Shown here: positions 1-10,671 of the stretch, piece after piece | How the letters are laid out: every line of letters starts with the position of its first letter | How positions within the stretch are numbered: the stretch's first letter is position 1 | From: Candidatus Omnitrophota bacterium | Lineage (GTDB): Bacteria > Omnitrophota > Gorgyraeia > Gygaellales > Profunditerraquicolaceae | NCBI GenBank assembly: GCA_028712505.1 | Contig: JAQTQC010000001.1 | Location: 13,635 to 77,634 of the forward strand | Direction: 5' to 3' | Length of the DNA: 64,000 nucleotides | The notes under the pieces: model-generated | The model's input: only the letters and a program-made list of their open reading frames with translations | Told to the model about the DNA's origin: nothing | The model's database searches: none | Made by a program: the position numbers and the translations under genes

Positions 1-12
1 TCACGCTCTCTG

Positions 13-741
13 TCATTTAATCCTTCCTAAAGGAAATTCTTTCTGCATTACACTCCTGATCCAATCCAGCGCCTCTTTGGGACTTAAGCCCCAATAAGTC
101 GGGCAAGGTGAAAGCACCTCGACTAAAGAAAAACCCGAATTATCTATTTGATTCTTAAATGCCTGTTTTATCGCCTGTTTAGCCTTGAATACCTCTTGCG
201 GGTTATGCAAAGAAACCCTTTCAACAAAACAGACACCCGGAAGCGTTGCCAGGATTTCAGAAATCTTTAAAGGGAACCCATGCTGTTCAATCTGCCTTCC
301 ATCTATGGTTGTGGATGTCTTTTGACCCAATAGAGTAGTAGGGGCCATCTGACCTCCGGTCATCCCATAAACTGCATTATTGATAAAAACTACGGTTAGA
401 TTTTCTCCGCGGTTAGCCGCATGAATAGTCTCATTTGTACCTATGGCAGCCAAGTCTCCGTCCCCCTGATAAGTAAAGACGACATTTTGCGGCCGCACTC
501 TCTTTATAGCGGTAGCAACAGCCAAGGCCCGGCCATGGGCTGCCTCCGAACAATCAAATTTCCAATAATCATACGCAACAACGGCACAGCCAACCGGAGC
601 TATGCCGATAGTTCTTTCTCTTATATCCAGCTCATCAACTACTTCGGCAACTAAACGATGGACAATACCATGTCCGCAGCCCGGGCAATAATGTGTAGAT
701 ACATCATAAAGCGCTTCTGGATGAGCAAATATTTTTTCCAT
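13..741 (-). CDS. 2-oxoacid:ferredoxin oxidoreductase, beta (TPP-binding) subunit
   Basis: Translation has a CPGCGHG motif and the TPP-binding GDG...NN region typical of PorB/KorB. It directly follows the alpha and delta subunits on the same strand. The gene runs to the window edge, so further subunits (gamma) may lie beyond position 1. Confidence 0.85.
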   Translation of the reverse strand: MEKIFAHPEALYDVSTHYCPGCGHGIVHRLVAEVVDELDIRERTIGIAPVGCAVVAYDYWKFDCSEAAHGRALAVATAIKRVRPQNVVFTYQGDGDLAAIGTNETIHAANRGENLTVVFINNAVYGMTGGQMAPTTLLGQKTSTTIDGRQIEQHGFPLKISEILATLPGVCFVERVSLHNPQEVFKAKQAIKQAFKNQIDNSGFSLVEVLSPCPTYWGLSPKEALDWIRSVMQKEFPLGRIK

Positions 742-1808
742 TATATTAGTTTATTCACCCTGTTAATAATCTCTTCTTCGCTGGGTATCCCGCCGCCGGA
801 GCGGCCGAGAAAATCTACTTGCGTAAAACCATTCACTGCAAGCCTTACATCTTCAACCATCTGGCCATAAGACATCTCGATAACCAGATATTTAACTTTT
901 TTACTCCTAGACTGAAACGCTTTCTCCGGAAATGGCCATAGGCTAATCGGCCGGATTAACCCAACCTTCTTGCCTGCCAGCCTTAACTGATTAAGGGCAC
1001 TTTTAGCAATACGTGCCATTGTCCCATAAGCAACCAGGATAATTTTAGCATCATCCAATAATAAGTCTTCGCAACGCGCCTCGTTTTCTTTGATGACCTG
1101 GTAATTCTTCTGAAGTTTAAGGTTAAATTTTTCAAGATCGCCTTCACGAAGAAAAAACGACTTAACAATATTTGGCTTTCTGCCTTTGCAACCGGTAAGC
1201 GCCCAAGGCCTTAAAGGGCTGGTGGTTATTTTCTTGGTAGACAACTTCACCGGTTCCATCATCTGGCCTAAAATCCCATCCCCTAAGATCATAACGGCAA
1301 TGCGGTATTTATCCGCTAAACGAAAACCTGTTTGTGTCAAATCATATGCCTCTTGTACACCTGCGGGAGCCAAGACTATCAAACGATAATCTCCATGGCC
1401 TCCTCCGCGGGTAGCTTGAAAATAATCCGACTGCGCTGGGGCGATATTACCCAGGCCGGGACCACCGCGCATAATATTTACGATTACAGCCGGAAGCTGA
1501 GAACCGGAAATATAAGATATCCCTTCTTGTTTTAAACTGACGCCCGGGCTTGAAGAAGAGGTCATTGCCCGGGCCCCGGCAGCTGATGCCCCATAAACCA
1601 TATTGATCGCCGCCAACTCTGATTCCGCCTGGATAAAAACCCCTCCGGATTCTCTGCCTGGACGGCAGACAGGCATATATTTAGCCATATAAGCGATAAG
1701 CTCATTTTGCGGAGTAATCGGATAGCCGGCATAGAAATTGCATCCTGCCTGAATTGCCCCTTCGGCGATTGCTTCATTACCAGAAATCAATATCCTTTTT
1801 CTTAGCAT
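741..1808 (-). CDS. 2-oxoacid:ferredoxin oxidoreductase, alpha subunit
   Basis: N-terminus 'ISGNEAIAEGAIQAGCNFYAGYPITPQNE' is the conserved Por/Kor alpha signature. Start/stop overlaps with the beta subunit gene. Confidence 0.85.
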   Translation of the reverse strand: MLRKRILISGNEAIAEGAIQAGCNFYAGYPITPQNELIAYMAKYMPVCRPGRESGGVFIQAESELAAINMVYGASAAGARAMTSSSSPGVSLKQEGISYISGSQLPAVIVNIMRGGPGLGNIAPAQSDYFQATRGGGHGDYRLIVLAPAGVQEAYDLTQTGFRLADKYRIAVMILGDGILGQMMEPVKLSTKKITTSPLRPWALTGCKGRKPNIVKSFFLREGDLEKFNLKLQKNYQVIKENEARCEDLLLDDAKIILVAYGTMARIAKSALNQLRLAGKKVGLIRPISLWPFPEKAFQSRSKKVKYLVIEMSYGQMVEDVRLAVNGFTQVDFLGRSGGGIPSEEEIINRVNKLI

Positions 1809-1810
1809 AC

Positions 1811-2014
1811 CTATTTATACACCTCTATACAACAATCCGGGCAAATCAGCGCGCATTGCATACAACCGACACATTCGCCCGTCGGATCAAATTCAACGAA
1901 ATTTAAACCACGTTTATTTAACTTTGGGCTTTTTCTAATCAGGCCTTTCGGACAAAAACTCATACATAAAAAACAACCTTTGCATTTATCTTGATTGATT
2001 ATAATCTTAGCCAT
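1811..2014 (-). CDS. 4Fe-4S ferredoxin (delta subunit of the 2-oxoacid:ferredoxin oxidoreductase)
   Basis: 67 aa with two CxxCxxCxxxCP cluster motifs (CKGCFLCMSFCP / CVGCMQCALICP). Sits immediately upstream of the alpha subunit. Confidence 0.8.
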   Translation of the reverse strand: MAKIIINQDKCKGCFLCMSFCPKGLIRKSPKLNKRGLNFVEFDPTGECVGCMQCALICPDCCIEVYK

Positions 2015-3876
2015 TATTTTTCTTTCAGCGCCTGACGGATATTGTCGGCAATCCCTAGGGCGGTTAATCCATATTTCTCTAAAAGCAATTCTCTTTGCCC
2101 GTGCGGGATAAATTCAAATGGCAACCCAATACGTAAGACCTGTTTATTTAATTCCTGGGCGATCGCGCTGCCAAAACCCGTATCCCGTATCCCTTCTTCT
2201 ATAGTAAATACCAATTTTGTCTTTGCGCAAACACTTTTCATCAACCCAATATCCAAAGGAGCAGCAAACCGGGCATTGATCAAACTGCCGCTTAGTCCTT
2301 CTCTGTTTAACAATGCAATAGCCTCTTGCGCGGCTAAAACCATGCTCCCCAGGGCGATAATCGTAAAATCCCTGCCCTCGACAATCAATTCTGCCTTACC
2401 TAAACTCAAACTCTGCGGCAAATCCCCAACCATAGAAGTATTAGCGCGGGGGTATCTTATTGCCACCGGCTTATTCAAAGAGACGGCAAATTCCAGCATT
2501 GCTGTAAATTCCCGGCCATCTTTTGGCACCATAACCGTTAAATTCGGCACGCTTTTTAAATAAGCGATATCAAATATGCCCTGGTGTGTAACCCCATCTT
2601 CTCCTACAATTCCCGCCCGGTCAACAGCGAATATTACCGGCAGCCCCTGTAAGGAAACTTCCTGGATAATCTGGTCATATGCGCGCTGCAGGAATGTAGA
2701 ATACACCGCTACTACCGGTTTAAATCCTTGTTTGGCAAGCCCAGCCGCAAAACAAACAGCATGGGCCTCGGCAATCCCTACATCAAAAAATCTTTCCGGA
2801 AAAGTATCCCGGAACTTATTCAGACCGGTTCCTTCCGGCATAGCCGCGGTTATCGCCAGGATCCGGCTATCCCTATGCGCCAACTCCACTATTTTATCAC
2901 GAAAAATCTCAGTATAACTTTTTAATTCCGGGGAAGACTTCTTAGGTATAGCCTCTCCGGTATTGATATCAAAGCAATTGATGCCATGGAATTTTACCGG
3001 ATCCTCTTCGGCAAAAGAGCAGCCCTTGCCTTTTTTAGTGACCACATGCAAAATGCGCGGGCCCTTGATGTTTATAACATTTTTTAATGTATGAATCAAT
3101 GCTCCCAAATCATGCCCGTCAATCGGGCCAAAATAGCGGAATCCCAACTCCTCAAAAAGCATCCCGGGTACAAATAATCCTTTTAGCCCTTCTTCAAATT
3201 TAGTCATAAGTTTTATCAGACGGCTTCCGCGGGGTACGCGGGTAGTCAGGAAATTTACCAGATTGTCATGAAATCGGTTGTAAACCGGCAAGGAGATAAT
3301 TTTGTTTAAGTAGTTGCTAATCGCCCCCACATTAGGCGCAATACTTAATTCATTGGTATTTAAAACTACCAAGATATCCTTCTTTAAATGACCAGCATTG
3401 TTTAAGCCTTCAAAACAAAGGCCGCCGCTTAATGACCCATCGCCAATTACACAGGCAACCTTGAATTGCTCCTCCTTGGGTAAAAGGTCCCTGGCACAGG
3501 CAAGACCTAACCCCAAAGACACAGCATTGGAACTATGCCCTGTAGTAAAAGGATCATAAACTGATTCGTCTTTAGACGGAAACCCGCTTAGCCCCTGATA
3601 TTGCCTCAGGGTTGCAAACTCATTGTTCCGGCCGGTTAATATTTTATGTGCGTATGTTTGATGCCCAACATCAAAAACAATCTTATCTTTTGGCGTGTTT
3701 AAACAATAATGCAAGGCGATAATCAATTCTACCGCACCAAGACTAGAGGCAAGGTGGCCGCCAGTGCGCGAAACAACTTCAATTAACCGGGTGCGGATCT
3801 CCACAGCTAAAGAATTAAGTTCACCTAAGCTTAATTTCTTCAAATCTTCGGGAGAGTTTATTTGCTCTAATAACAT
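2014..3876 (-). CDS. dxs: 1-deoxy-D-xylulose-5-phosphate synthase
   Basis: 620 aa with the characteristic N-terminus 'INSPEDLKKLSLGELNSLAVEIR...GGHLASSLGAVEL' and a TPP-binding GDG motif. Lies in the conserved xseA-xseB-dxs arrangement. Confidence 0.93.
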   Translation of the reverse strand: MLLEQINSPEDLKKLSLGELNSLAVEIRTRLIEVVSRTGGHLASSLGAVELIIALHYCLNTPKDKIVFDVGHQTYAHKILTGRNNEFATLRQYQGLSGFPSKDESVYDPFTTGHSSNAVSLGLGLACARDLLPKEEQFKVACVIGDGSLSGGLCFEGLNNAGHLKKDILVVLNTNELSIAPNVGAISNYLNKIISLPVYNRFHDNLVNFLTTRVPRGSRLIKLMTKFEEGLKGLFVPGMLFEELGFRYFGPIDGHDLGALIHTLKNVINIKGPRILHVVTKKGKGCSFAEEDPVKFHGINCFDINTGEAIPKKSSPELKSYTEIFRDKIVELAHRDSRILAITAAMPEGTGLNKFRDTFPERFFDVGIAEAHAVCFAAGLAKQGFKPVVAVYSTFLQRAYDQIIQEVSLQGLPVIFAVDRAGIVGEDGVTHQGIFDIAYLKSVPNLTVMVPKDGREFTAMLEFAVSLNKPVAIRYPRANTSMVGDLPQSLSLGKAELIVEGRDFTIIALGSMVLAAQEAIALLNREGLSGSLINARFAAPLDIGLMKSVCAKTKLVFTIEEGIRDTGFGSAIAQELNKQVLRIGLPFEFIPHGQRELLLEKYGLTALGIADNIRQALKEK

Positions 3877-3878
3877 TT

Positions 3879-4121
3879 TTATTTATCTTCCACTGTATCC
3901 GGATTGTCAAATCTTTCCAAAGAAAACTTTCCTTCTTTTTTCATCAACAACTCCACTTTACGCTCAGCGTCGGCTAAGGTCAAAGCGCAGGATTGCGCGA
4001 TTTTTACACCTTCCTCGTACTTTTTAAGAGACTCACCTAAAGTAAGCTTACCACTGGAAAGATCTTCAACAATCCTCTGCAACTTCTTTAAATCGTCTTC
4101 AAATACCGTTTTTTCTTTCAT
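3879..4121 (-). CDS. xseB: exodeoxyribonuclease VII small subunit
   Basis: 80 aa, 'FEDDLKKLQRIVEDLSSGKLTLGESLKKYEEGVKIAQSC' matches the XseB family. Overlaps the xseA stop. Confidence 0.88.
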   Translation of the reverse strand: MKEKTVFEDDLKKLQRIVEDLSSGKLTLGESLKKYEEGVKIAQSCALTLADAERKVELLMKKEGKFSLERFDNPDTVEDK

Positions 4122-5373
4122 CCCTAAACACCTCCTGCACTACGCTTGTAAATGCCCCTTGATGCAAAATTGTTTTTAGCTGATCTCCGGGTTTTAACTG
4201 GTCGGCATTTTTAAGTATCTCTTCCTGAGGCATTAACATGCTTAAACTGTAACCGCGCGACAAAATCGACAAAGGGCTTAAAGTCCCCAACCTCTGGATT
4301 AACGAACTGCTACGCTCTTTTGCCAGCTCCAAAGAATGCCGCAGATTATGATTCAATCCCGAAAAAAGCTCATCCAACAACTGCTGTTTTTCTAGCAGCC
4401 GGTCAGCTGGACTTTTAATCATATGCGTAAGGGCAATCAGCCTGCTTTTTAAATCACCCACAGTATCATTGATAGAAAAATCCAGCTTATGCCTGAAATC
4501 AGTCAGCTGAGAAACCAGAGAATTTTTTTTGTCCACGATAATCTTTGCTGCCGCAGAAGGAGTTTCTACAAAAACATCTGCTGCCAAATCCGAAAGAGTA
4601 ATATTGATCTGGTGTCCTACAGCTGAAACAACCGGGAGTCTGGAATTATAGATCGCCCGGGCAACAATTTCTTCATTAAATGACCAAAGGTCTTCACTGC
4701 TGCCCCCTCCGCGGCTGACAATGATTAAATCAATTTTTCCAAAAGAGTTGAATTCTTCTATGCCAGCGGCAATCTCTCCTGCCGCATGCTCGCCTTGCAC
4801 GCGCACTGAACGGATAACCACATCCACAAAAGGAGCACCTTTTCTTAAAATCTGCAGGATATCGCGTATTGCCGCGCCTTTATCCGAAGTAACAATGCCG
4901 AGAGAAAAAGGCATTAACGGGAGCGACTTCTTATGCGACGGATCAAACAAGCCTTCCTGCTCCAACTTTTTCTTCAACTGCTCAAATGCCAGTTGCTGGC
5001 TGCCTACGCCTTTGGGCTCTATCCTTTCCACAATAATCTTATATTGGCCGCTCGGCCCGTAAACATCAACCTTCCCGAAACAGACAACCTTCAGGCCATC
5101 CTCAAGTTTAAACTTTAAGCCTTTATTAGCATACGCGAACATCGCCGCCCAGATCAAGGCATTCTGATCCTTTAAGGAAAAATAAAAATGCCCGCTGGAA
5201 GCAGCCTTGAAATTAGAAATCTCGCCTTCAATCCAAACCTCTCCGACTTTTTCTTCAAGCAAACCCTTGATCGCCTGAGTTATCTCGGAAACACTGTAAA
5301 TATGCCTATCTGACCCGCGGTCTTGCTTATCAGAAGACAAGCCATGGTTCTCTAATCTATTTGTCTTTTGCAT
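4099..5373 (-). CDS. xseA: exodeoxyribonuclease VII large subunit
   Basis: 424 aa with an OB-fold N-terminus ('VWIEGEISNFKAASSGHFYFSLKD') and the ExoVII catalytic domain. Immediately upstream of xseB. Confidence 0.9.
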   Translation of the reverse strand: MQKTNRLENHGLSSDKQDRGSDRHIYSVSEITQAIKGLLEEKVGEVWIEGEISNFKAASSGHFYFSLKDQNALIWAAMFAYANKGLKFKLEDGLKVVCFGKVDVYGPSGQYKIIVERIEPKGVGSQQLAFEQLKKKLEQEGLFDPSHKKSLPLMPFSLGIVTSDKGAAIRDILQILRKGAPFVDVVIRSVRVQGEHAAGEIAAGIEEFNSFGKIDLIIVSRGGGSSEDLWSFNEEIVARAIYNSRLPVVSAVGHQINITLSDLAADVFVETPSAAAKIIVDKKNSLVSQLTDFRHKLDFSINDTVGDLKSRLIALTHMIKSPADRLLEKQQLLDELFSGLNHNLRHSLELAKERSSSLIQRLGTLSPLSILSRGYSLSMLMPQEEILKNADQLKPGDQLKTILHQGAFTSVVQEVFRDERKNGI

Positions 5374-7162
5374 CTTTTGCAGGTTCTTTCACTGACTCCT
5401 TATTAATTTTTTTCTCGGGTTCCTTGGGAGTATCTATTTTTATTTCTACCGGCGGCGGCAAAGGCTTTTTCTTAAAAACCAAAAGCTGCAGCGAATAAGG
5501 ACTCATCTCTAACGTCTCTACATATTCCTGGGAGAAATCCACTTCTTTGACATCTTTAGCTTCAAAGGGGCAATCACCACTACAGTTACTATCAACCAAA
5601 TATCGACTCAACAAATACACATCCTTTGCGCCTTTAAAATAAATTTTTATTTTACGGCTGGTTGTTGAGAACTTCTTAGCTAAGCTATTCAAATCTATAG
5701 CCCGGGTAAACATATCTTTGGCATTTGGCGAAAGCCGCAAAATAGACAAATCAGTTGCACCGGAAATAATCTTATCAATACGATCGCTTTTTACAATACT
5801 CAAAACAGCCTTTCTTTCCGTGCTGTTTAAATACACGATGTTATCTGATAAATAATTCATCGCTGCCGCCGGGTCAATATAATTATAGATAAGCACAGAA
5901 AAATAATCCGAGGATTTTGTAGGCAGCACACCGACGAATTCATCCTTAAATTTATACGGCAATAATTCGTTCCCCAGAAGGTTAAGCATACGCAAGGTAT
6001 TATAACTGGCTTTGGCATACCCCTTGGATCCTGAACGCTCGGCGTCAAAATAAAAAACCCCGAGATTCCTGGCGACCTTCTCTTTATTGCCTGCGAAATC
6101 TTCCAGGCAGAAATAGGTTTGATAATCTACCCCTGCCTCCTGCATATTTTTTATGCGCGCCGGGATATAACTGGCAGTAACATAAGAATACTTGCCTCTT
6201 TTGGGAGATAAGTTGGAGAAGGCGTCAAAATTCCACTCGTCGATGATTAAAGGAAGGGTGTCTGGAAAATTAAAATAACTCAACCATTCACGGATAAGTT
6301 TAGTAAAGGGTTTTTTATAGATGGTTTCCTGTTTTTCCAGCGCCGGATCAGAAGAATAGGCATGCCATGATATAAAATCTAGAGGTAATTTATAGTTAGA
6401 ACAAAATTTTATCAATTCATAAATCAGACTGCGCTCGGGGAAAAGAATATTATTATTTGTCCCGATATTGGCAAACCAGGAGCTTGCGGATGGCCCACCC
6501 AGGGGAATATGTATCTTGGTTTCCTGGCGCAACTCTTTTACCGCTTCAGCAACAGCCCGATAAAGGGAAAAATACTCTGATTTCTCGCCCAAAAAGAAAT
6601 CTTCTAAGTCTGGGGCGTTCCAAACCTCATACCAGATATTATATTTCTTTTCACAACTTAATTTGCGTATAATATCTTTGACTAATTCCTTGTACGCTAT
6701 TAAATTATGCACAGAGCTGTTTTTATCAAGCACCCTGCCTAATCCGGAAGGGGTACCGAATAAATCAAGGATTACCGTACCTCCGCTATCGCTGATTTTT
6801 TTAATAATTTCTTCGTAGTTTTCCAGGAGCTTGGCTTGAGCGGATTCATCTTTGGCAAGCTGGGCGATCTCCCAAAGGTTGTATTGTATGCGATAAAAAC
6901 AGTTAAACCCTAAATCCTTCTGCCAGATATCCAAGACATCTTTAGCCGCCAGTGTTTGCGGCCAGCTCATATCGTTATGCGCACCCCTGCCGCTTAAATC
7001 AATATTGGTTTTATATATTTTAGGAAGCGGGATGGAAGGAGAATTGAAGTCTAAGGTTATTTCCAGTTCATCTGGAGTTTGAGCAAAACAAAGATTAACC
7101 CAGAAAAATGGCAATAAAATTAATAAAACTTGATACAGTAAAATTAACTGCCTTTTGTTCAT
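5357..7162 (-). CDS. secreted clan GH-A (GH39/GH5-like) glycoside-hydrolase-fold protein with a Lys/Pro/Glu-rich C-terminal tail
   Basis: N-terminal signal peptide 'LLILLPFFWVNLCFAQ'. 'YEVWNAPD' aligns to the GH-A 'xEvWNEPn' acid/base strand and 'IIDEWN' to the nucleophile strand. The C-terminus (…KKKPLPPPVEIKIDTPKEPEKKINKESVKEPAKDAKDK) is low complexity. Confidence 0.5.
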   Translation of the reverse strand: MNKRQLILLYQVLLILLPFFWVNLCFAQTPDELEITLDFNSPSIPLPKIYKTNIDLSGRGAHNDMSWPQTLAAKDVLDIWQKDLGFNCFYRIQYNLWEIAQLAKDESAQAKLLENYEEIIKKISDSGGTVILDLFGTPSGLGRVLDKNSSVHNLIAYKELVKDIIRKLSCEKKYNIWYEVWNAPDLEDFFLGEKSEYFSLYRAVAEAVKELRQETKIHIPLGGPSASSWFANIGTNNNILFPERSLIYELIKFCSNYKLPLDFISWHAYSSDPALEKQETIYKKPFTKLIREWLSYFNFPDTLPLIIDEWNFDAFSNLSPKRGKYSYVTASYIPARIKNMQEAGVDYQTYFCLEDFAGNKEKVARNLGVFYFDAERSGSKGYAKASYNTLRMLNLLGNELLPYKFKDEFVGVLPTKSSDYFSVLIYNYIDPAAAMNYLSDNIVYLNSTERKAVLSIVKSDRIDKIISGATDLSILRLSPNAKDMFTRAIDLNSLAKKFSTTSRKIKIYFKGAKDVYLLSRYLVDSNCSGDCPFEAKDVKEVDFSQEYVETLEMSPYSLQLLVFKKKPLPPPVEIKIDTPKEPEKKINKESVKEPAKDAKDK

Positions 7163-7942
7163 TTAAAGTTTTTTCTGTACTCTTAGAATCGAAACCGCCT
7201 TGCCGGTTGCTTCATTTATTTCGATAATCGCCCCATGCAATTGGATATTGCCTTCGGCGACCTCAAACTTCACCGGGATAGAGCTTAAGAAACGAGTGAG
7301 CACATCTTCCACCCTCCGGCCAATCACTGAATCATAAGGACCGGTCATACCTACATCGGTTATATAAGCAGCTCCCTTGGGCAGGATTTTTTCATCAGCA
7401 GTCTGAATATGTGTATGCGTACCCAACACGGCGGAAACCTTGCCATCTAAATACCAGCCTAAGGCGACCTTCTCAGAAGTCGCTTCCGCATGGATATCTA
7501 CTATAATAATCTTGGTTTCTTTTGCCAATTCTTCAGCTGCCCTTAATGCAGCCTTGAAAGGACATTCCAAGGCTTCCATAAAAACCCGGCCGTTAACATT
7601 GATCACCCCGATCTTAATTCCATCCCTAGATTTAAAAACTGCCGCCCCTTTGCCTGGAGCCCCACTAGGAAAATTCAAAGGTCGCAAGATCCTTTCTTCC
7701 TGGTTAATCAATTCAAAGATCTCGCTCTTTTTCCAGATATGGTCTCCAGAGGTAAGCACATCCACCCCAGAGGCAAAAAGCTCCGCGCTAACCTTGGAAG
7801 TAATCCCTGAACCTCCGGAGGCATTCTCCGCATTAGCGATTACGAAATCTAATGCGTACTCCTGTTTAAGAGAAACAACTAATTTCTTAATTGCCTCTCT
7901 TCCCGGGCTGCCGACGATATCTCCGATAAAAAGTATTTTCAT
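7163..7942 (-). CDS. ymdB: YmdB-family metallophosphoesterase (2',3'-cyclic-nucleotide 2'-phosphodiesterase-like)
   Basis: 'MKILFIGDIVGSPGR' N-terminus and the metallophosphoesterase GDH / GNHE-type motifs. Lies directly downstream of rny, as in the conserved rny-ymdB pair. Confidence 0.85.
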   Translation of the reverse strand: MKILFIGDIVGSPGREAIKKLVVSLKQEYALDFVIANAENASGGSGITSKVSAELFASGVDVLTSGDHIWKKSEIFELINQEERILRPLNFPSGAPGKGAAVFKSRDGIKIGVINVNGRVFMEALECPFKAALRAAEELAKETKIIIVDIHAEATSEKVALGWYLDGKVSAVLGTHTHIQTADEKILPKGAAYITDVGMTGPYDSVIGRRVEDVLTRFLSSIPVKFEVAEGNIQLHGAIIEINEATGKAVSILRVQKKL

Positions 7943-8073
7943 GGCTGAATAATGTCCTCATCAATCCCCCGCTGTACTTTTTCACAAACCAAAAAAGTAC
8001 AAGCTGCGGGGGTAAATTCGTGCATTGAGTTATGTCGTTTATTGTAATAGCCCTTCATAACTCAAGCATTCAT

Positions 8074-9630
8074 TTACTTGGCGTACTCAATAGCGCGCAT
8101 CTCGCGAATTACCGTAACTTTAATTTGCCCCGGATACTCCATACCTTCTTCAATTTTTTTACGGATATCCCTGGCCATAGCAGTTGCATCATTATCATTT
8201 ATCTTTTCCGGTTGGACAATTACGCGAATCTCCCGTCCGGCCTGAATGGCAAAAGATTTTTCAACCCCTTTAAAAAGGTTGGCGATCGATTCCAGCTTGT
8301 CCAAACGCTTGACATATGTTTCAAGGGTCTCACGCCTTGCTCCGGGACGAGCAGCACTAACTGCATCAGCAGCTACAGCTAAAACCGCATATAAACTCTG
8401 CGGCACAGCTTCTTCATGGTGCGATTCAATTGCGCCTACCACCTCGGCGGTTTCATTATATTTCTTCGCTAAGTCCGCCCCCAGCTTAGCATGTGTCCCT
8501 TCTACCTGATGGTCTACTGCTTTTCCGATATCATGCAAGAGCCCGATCCGACGGCCTAATTTAAAATCAAGCCCCAGCTCCGAAGCCATTATCCCCAATA
8601 AAAAGGAAACTTCTTTAGAATGTTGCAGGGCATTCTGTCCATAGCTAGTGCGGTACTTAAGCCGACCTAAAAGTTTGATTATCTCAGGATGTAATCCATT
8701 TATTCCTGCCTCAAAAGCCGCCCGTTCTCCTTCTTCGCGGATCTTCTCATCCATTTCTTTTTTAGTCTTTTCTACGATCTCTTCGATCCGACCGGGGTGG
8801 ATCCTCCCGTCAGAGATAAGTTTTTCCAGGCTTAAGCGGGCAATCTCCCGGCGCACAGCATCAAAGCCAGACAGAGTAACCGCTTCAGGGGTATCATCAA
8901 TAATTACATCTACCCCGGTTGCCATTTCTAAAGCCCGAATATTTCTGCCTTCCCTGCCGATAACCCGACCTTTCATTTCATCGTTAGGCAAAGTTACTAC
9001 GCTTACAGTTGACTCCACAGTATGCTCTGCGGCACAACGCTGGATAGCCAAACTTAAGATTTCACGGGCTTTCTTATCTGCAGTACTACGTACCTCTTCT
9101 TCCTGGCGCCGGATAAATACCGCCTTCTCATTATTCAATTCTTCGTTGAGGCGACCGAGCAGGATTTGTTTTGCCTCTTCAGCCGAGAGAGAAGAAATCT
9201 TCTGCAGCCTCTCCTTTTCTTCTGCAACTAAGGCATATAGCTGGCTGTCTTTTGACTTTAAGGCTTCTTCCTGTTTTTTAAGGTTGTCATTACGGGCATC
9301 GATCTCTTTTTCTTTTTTCTCCAAGAGATCCAGCCTGCGGTCAATATTTTCTTCTTTCTGGGTTAGCCTCTTCTCGAGATTTACAATCTCCTGCTTGCGT
9401 TCCCTGGTTTCCTGATCAAAATCCTGGCGCATACGATGCAAAAGATCTTTAGCCTCCAACTCCGCTTCCCGGCGTTTATCCAAGACCTCTTTATTGGCTA
9501 CCTCCAGGATATGTTCAGCTTCTGCTTCAGCGCTTTTCAGCTTTTTTTCAGCTATATGCTTCCTTAAAGAATAACCGGAATAGGCGCCAGCTAAAACAAC
9601 AAATGCTGTGATTACTATATTGAGAATCAT
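8074..9630 (-). CDS. rny: ribonuclease Y
   Basis: N-terminal transmembrane helix, a long coiled-coil, a KH domain ('[22 protein letters not shown]') and an HD domain ('LLHDIGKA'). 518 aa. Confidence 0.93.
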   Translation of the reverse strand: MILNIVITAFVVLAGAYSGYSLRKHIAEKKLKSAEAEAEHILEVANKEVLDKRREAELEAKDLLHRMRQDFDQETRERKQEIVNLEKRLTQKEENIDRRLDLLEKKEKEIDARNDNLKKQEEALKSKDSQLYALVAEEKERLQKISSLSAEEAKQILLGRLNEELNNEKAVFIRRQEEEVRSTADKKAREILSLAIQRCAAEHTVESTVSVVTLPNDEMKGRVIGREGRNIRALEMATGVDVIIDDTPEAVTLSGFDAVRREIARLSLEKLISDGRIHPGRIEEIVEKTKKEMDEKIREEGERAAFEAGINGLHPEIIKLLGRLKYRTSYGQNALQHSKEVSFLLGIMASELGLDFKLGRRIGLLHDIGKAVDHQVEGTHAKLGADLAKKYNETAEVVGAIESHHEEAVPQSLYAVLAVAADAVSAARPGARRETLETYVKRLDKLESIANLFKGVEKSFAIQAGREIRVIVQPEKINDNDATAMARDIRKKIEEGMEYPGQIKVTVIREMRAIEYAK

Positions 9631-9677
9631 TTCTATCCTCCCTGTTGATCTTAATTATTCAAATACTTTCAGGAGAT

Positions 9678-10241
9678 TTAGGAGAAGATAACTTGCTTGA
9701 CGCTTATGTCGTAAGCGGTGGTAGGTATTAGAGGTAAGATTTGAAAGTCAAAAGCCAAACCTATAGAAGGCGTATTGTTAGAAAGCGTGCTTAAGAAACG
9801 GTCGTAGCAGCCCTTGCCGCGGCCTAGGCGATTACCCTTTTTATCAAAAGCCAAGCCGGGGACAACAATAAGATCCAAATCCTTTGGCTTAACTAATGCT
9901 TCTGATACGGGTTCTAAAACACCGTAAGGACCTTTTTTTAATTTAGAATGGTCTTCTAATATAGCTGGCTGCATAGTTTCTCTATCTTTCCTGCAAACTG
10001 GTACACATATAAGCTTGCCTATTTTTTTGGCTTCCCTAATCATCTCTTCCGTATTTACTTCCCCACCAAAGGCGACGTAAAACATCACTATCTTTGCCTT
10101 TTTAAAAACCTTATTCCTTAAAAGTTTACCTTGAATAACCCTACTTTTTCGGTTTCGGTCTTCCTCCTTCTGAGTTTTCAACGCTAAAAGAATTTTACTA
10201 CGTATTTGAGTTTTTGTCAACATAGCTTGCCTTACAAACAA
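9678..10241 (-). CDS. 5-formyltetrahydrofolate cyclo-ligase
   Basis: 187 aa. '...VVPGLAFDKKGNRLGRGKGCYDRFL' is the conserved 5-FCL C-terminal motif. Confidence 0.8.
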   Translation of the reverse strand: MFVRQAMLTKTQIRSKILLALKTQKEEDRNRKSRVIQGKLLRNKVFKKAKIVMFYVAFGGEVNTEEMIREAKKIGKLICVPVCRKDRETMQPAILEDHSKLKKGPYGVLEPVSEALVKPKDLDLIVVPGLAFDKKGNRLGRGKGCYDRFLSTLSNNTPSIGLAFDFQILPLIPTTAYDISVKQVIFS

Positions 10242-10669
10242 GTTTCTCCATCGTGGACATGATCCGTGTCACCAAAAGGAACAGTTTTACCCTGTTTTTT
10301 ATAATAGTCCTTTAAAGCTGAACGCAGCGCTTCTTCCGCTAAAACCGAACAGTGCATCTTTATGGCCGGCAGACCACCTAAAGCCTCAGCAACTGCCTTA
10401 TTGGTAATAGTCAGGGCCTCGGTAATAGTCTTGCCTTTAACCATCTCTGTAACCATAGAACTGGTGGCTACTGCCGCGCCGCAGCCAAAAGTCTTAAACT
10501 TTACATCCGAAATTATGTCATTTTCTATTTTTAAGTACATTTTCATCACGTCACCGCAGACGGGATTGCCGACGGTACCAATCCCGCTGGCATCCGGAAT
10601 CTCTCCGACATTACGGGGATTGGTAAAATGATCCATCACTTTTTCACTATAGGGAAGCTGCTCAGCCAT
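10232..10669 (-). CDS. iscU: IscU/NifU-type Fe-S cluster scaffold protein
   Basis: 'HFTNPRNVGEIPDASGIGTVGNPVCGDVMKMYLKI...FGCGAAVATSS...MHCSVLAEEAL' carries the three conserved scaffold cysteines. Confidence 0.88.
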   Translation of the reverse strand: MAEQLPYSEKVMDHFTNPRNVGEIPDASGIGTVGNPVCGDVMKMYLKIENDIISDVKFKTFGCGAAVATSSMVTEMVKGKTITEALTITNKAVAEALGGLPAIKMHCSVLAEEALRSALKDYYKKQGKTVPFGDTDHVHDGETCL

Positions 10670-10671
10670 AT

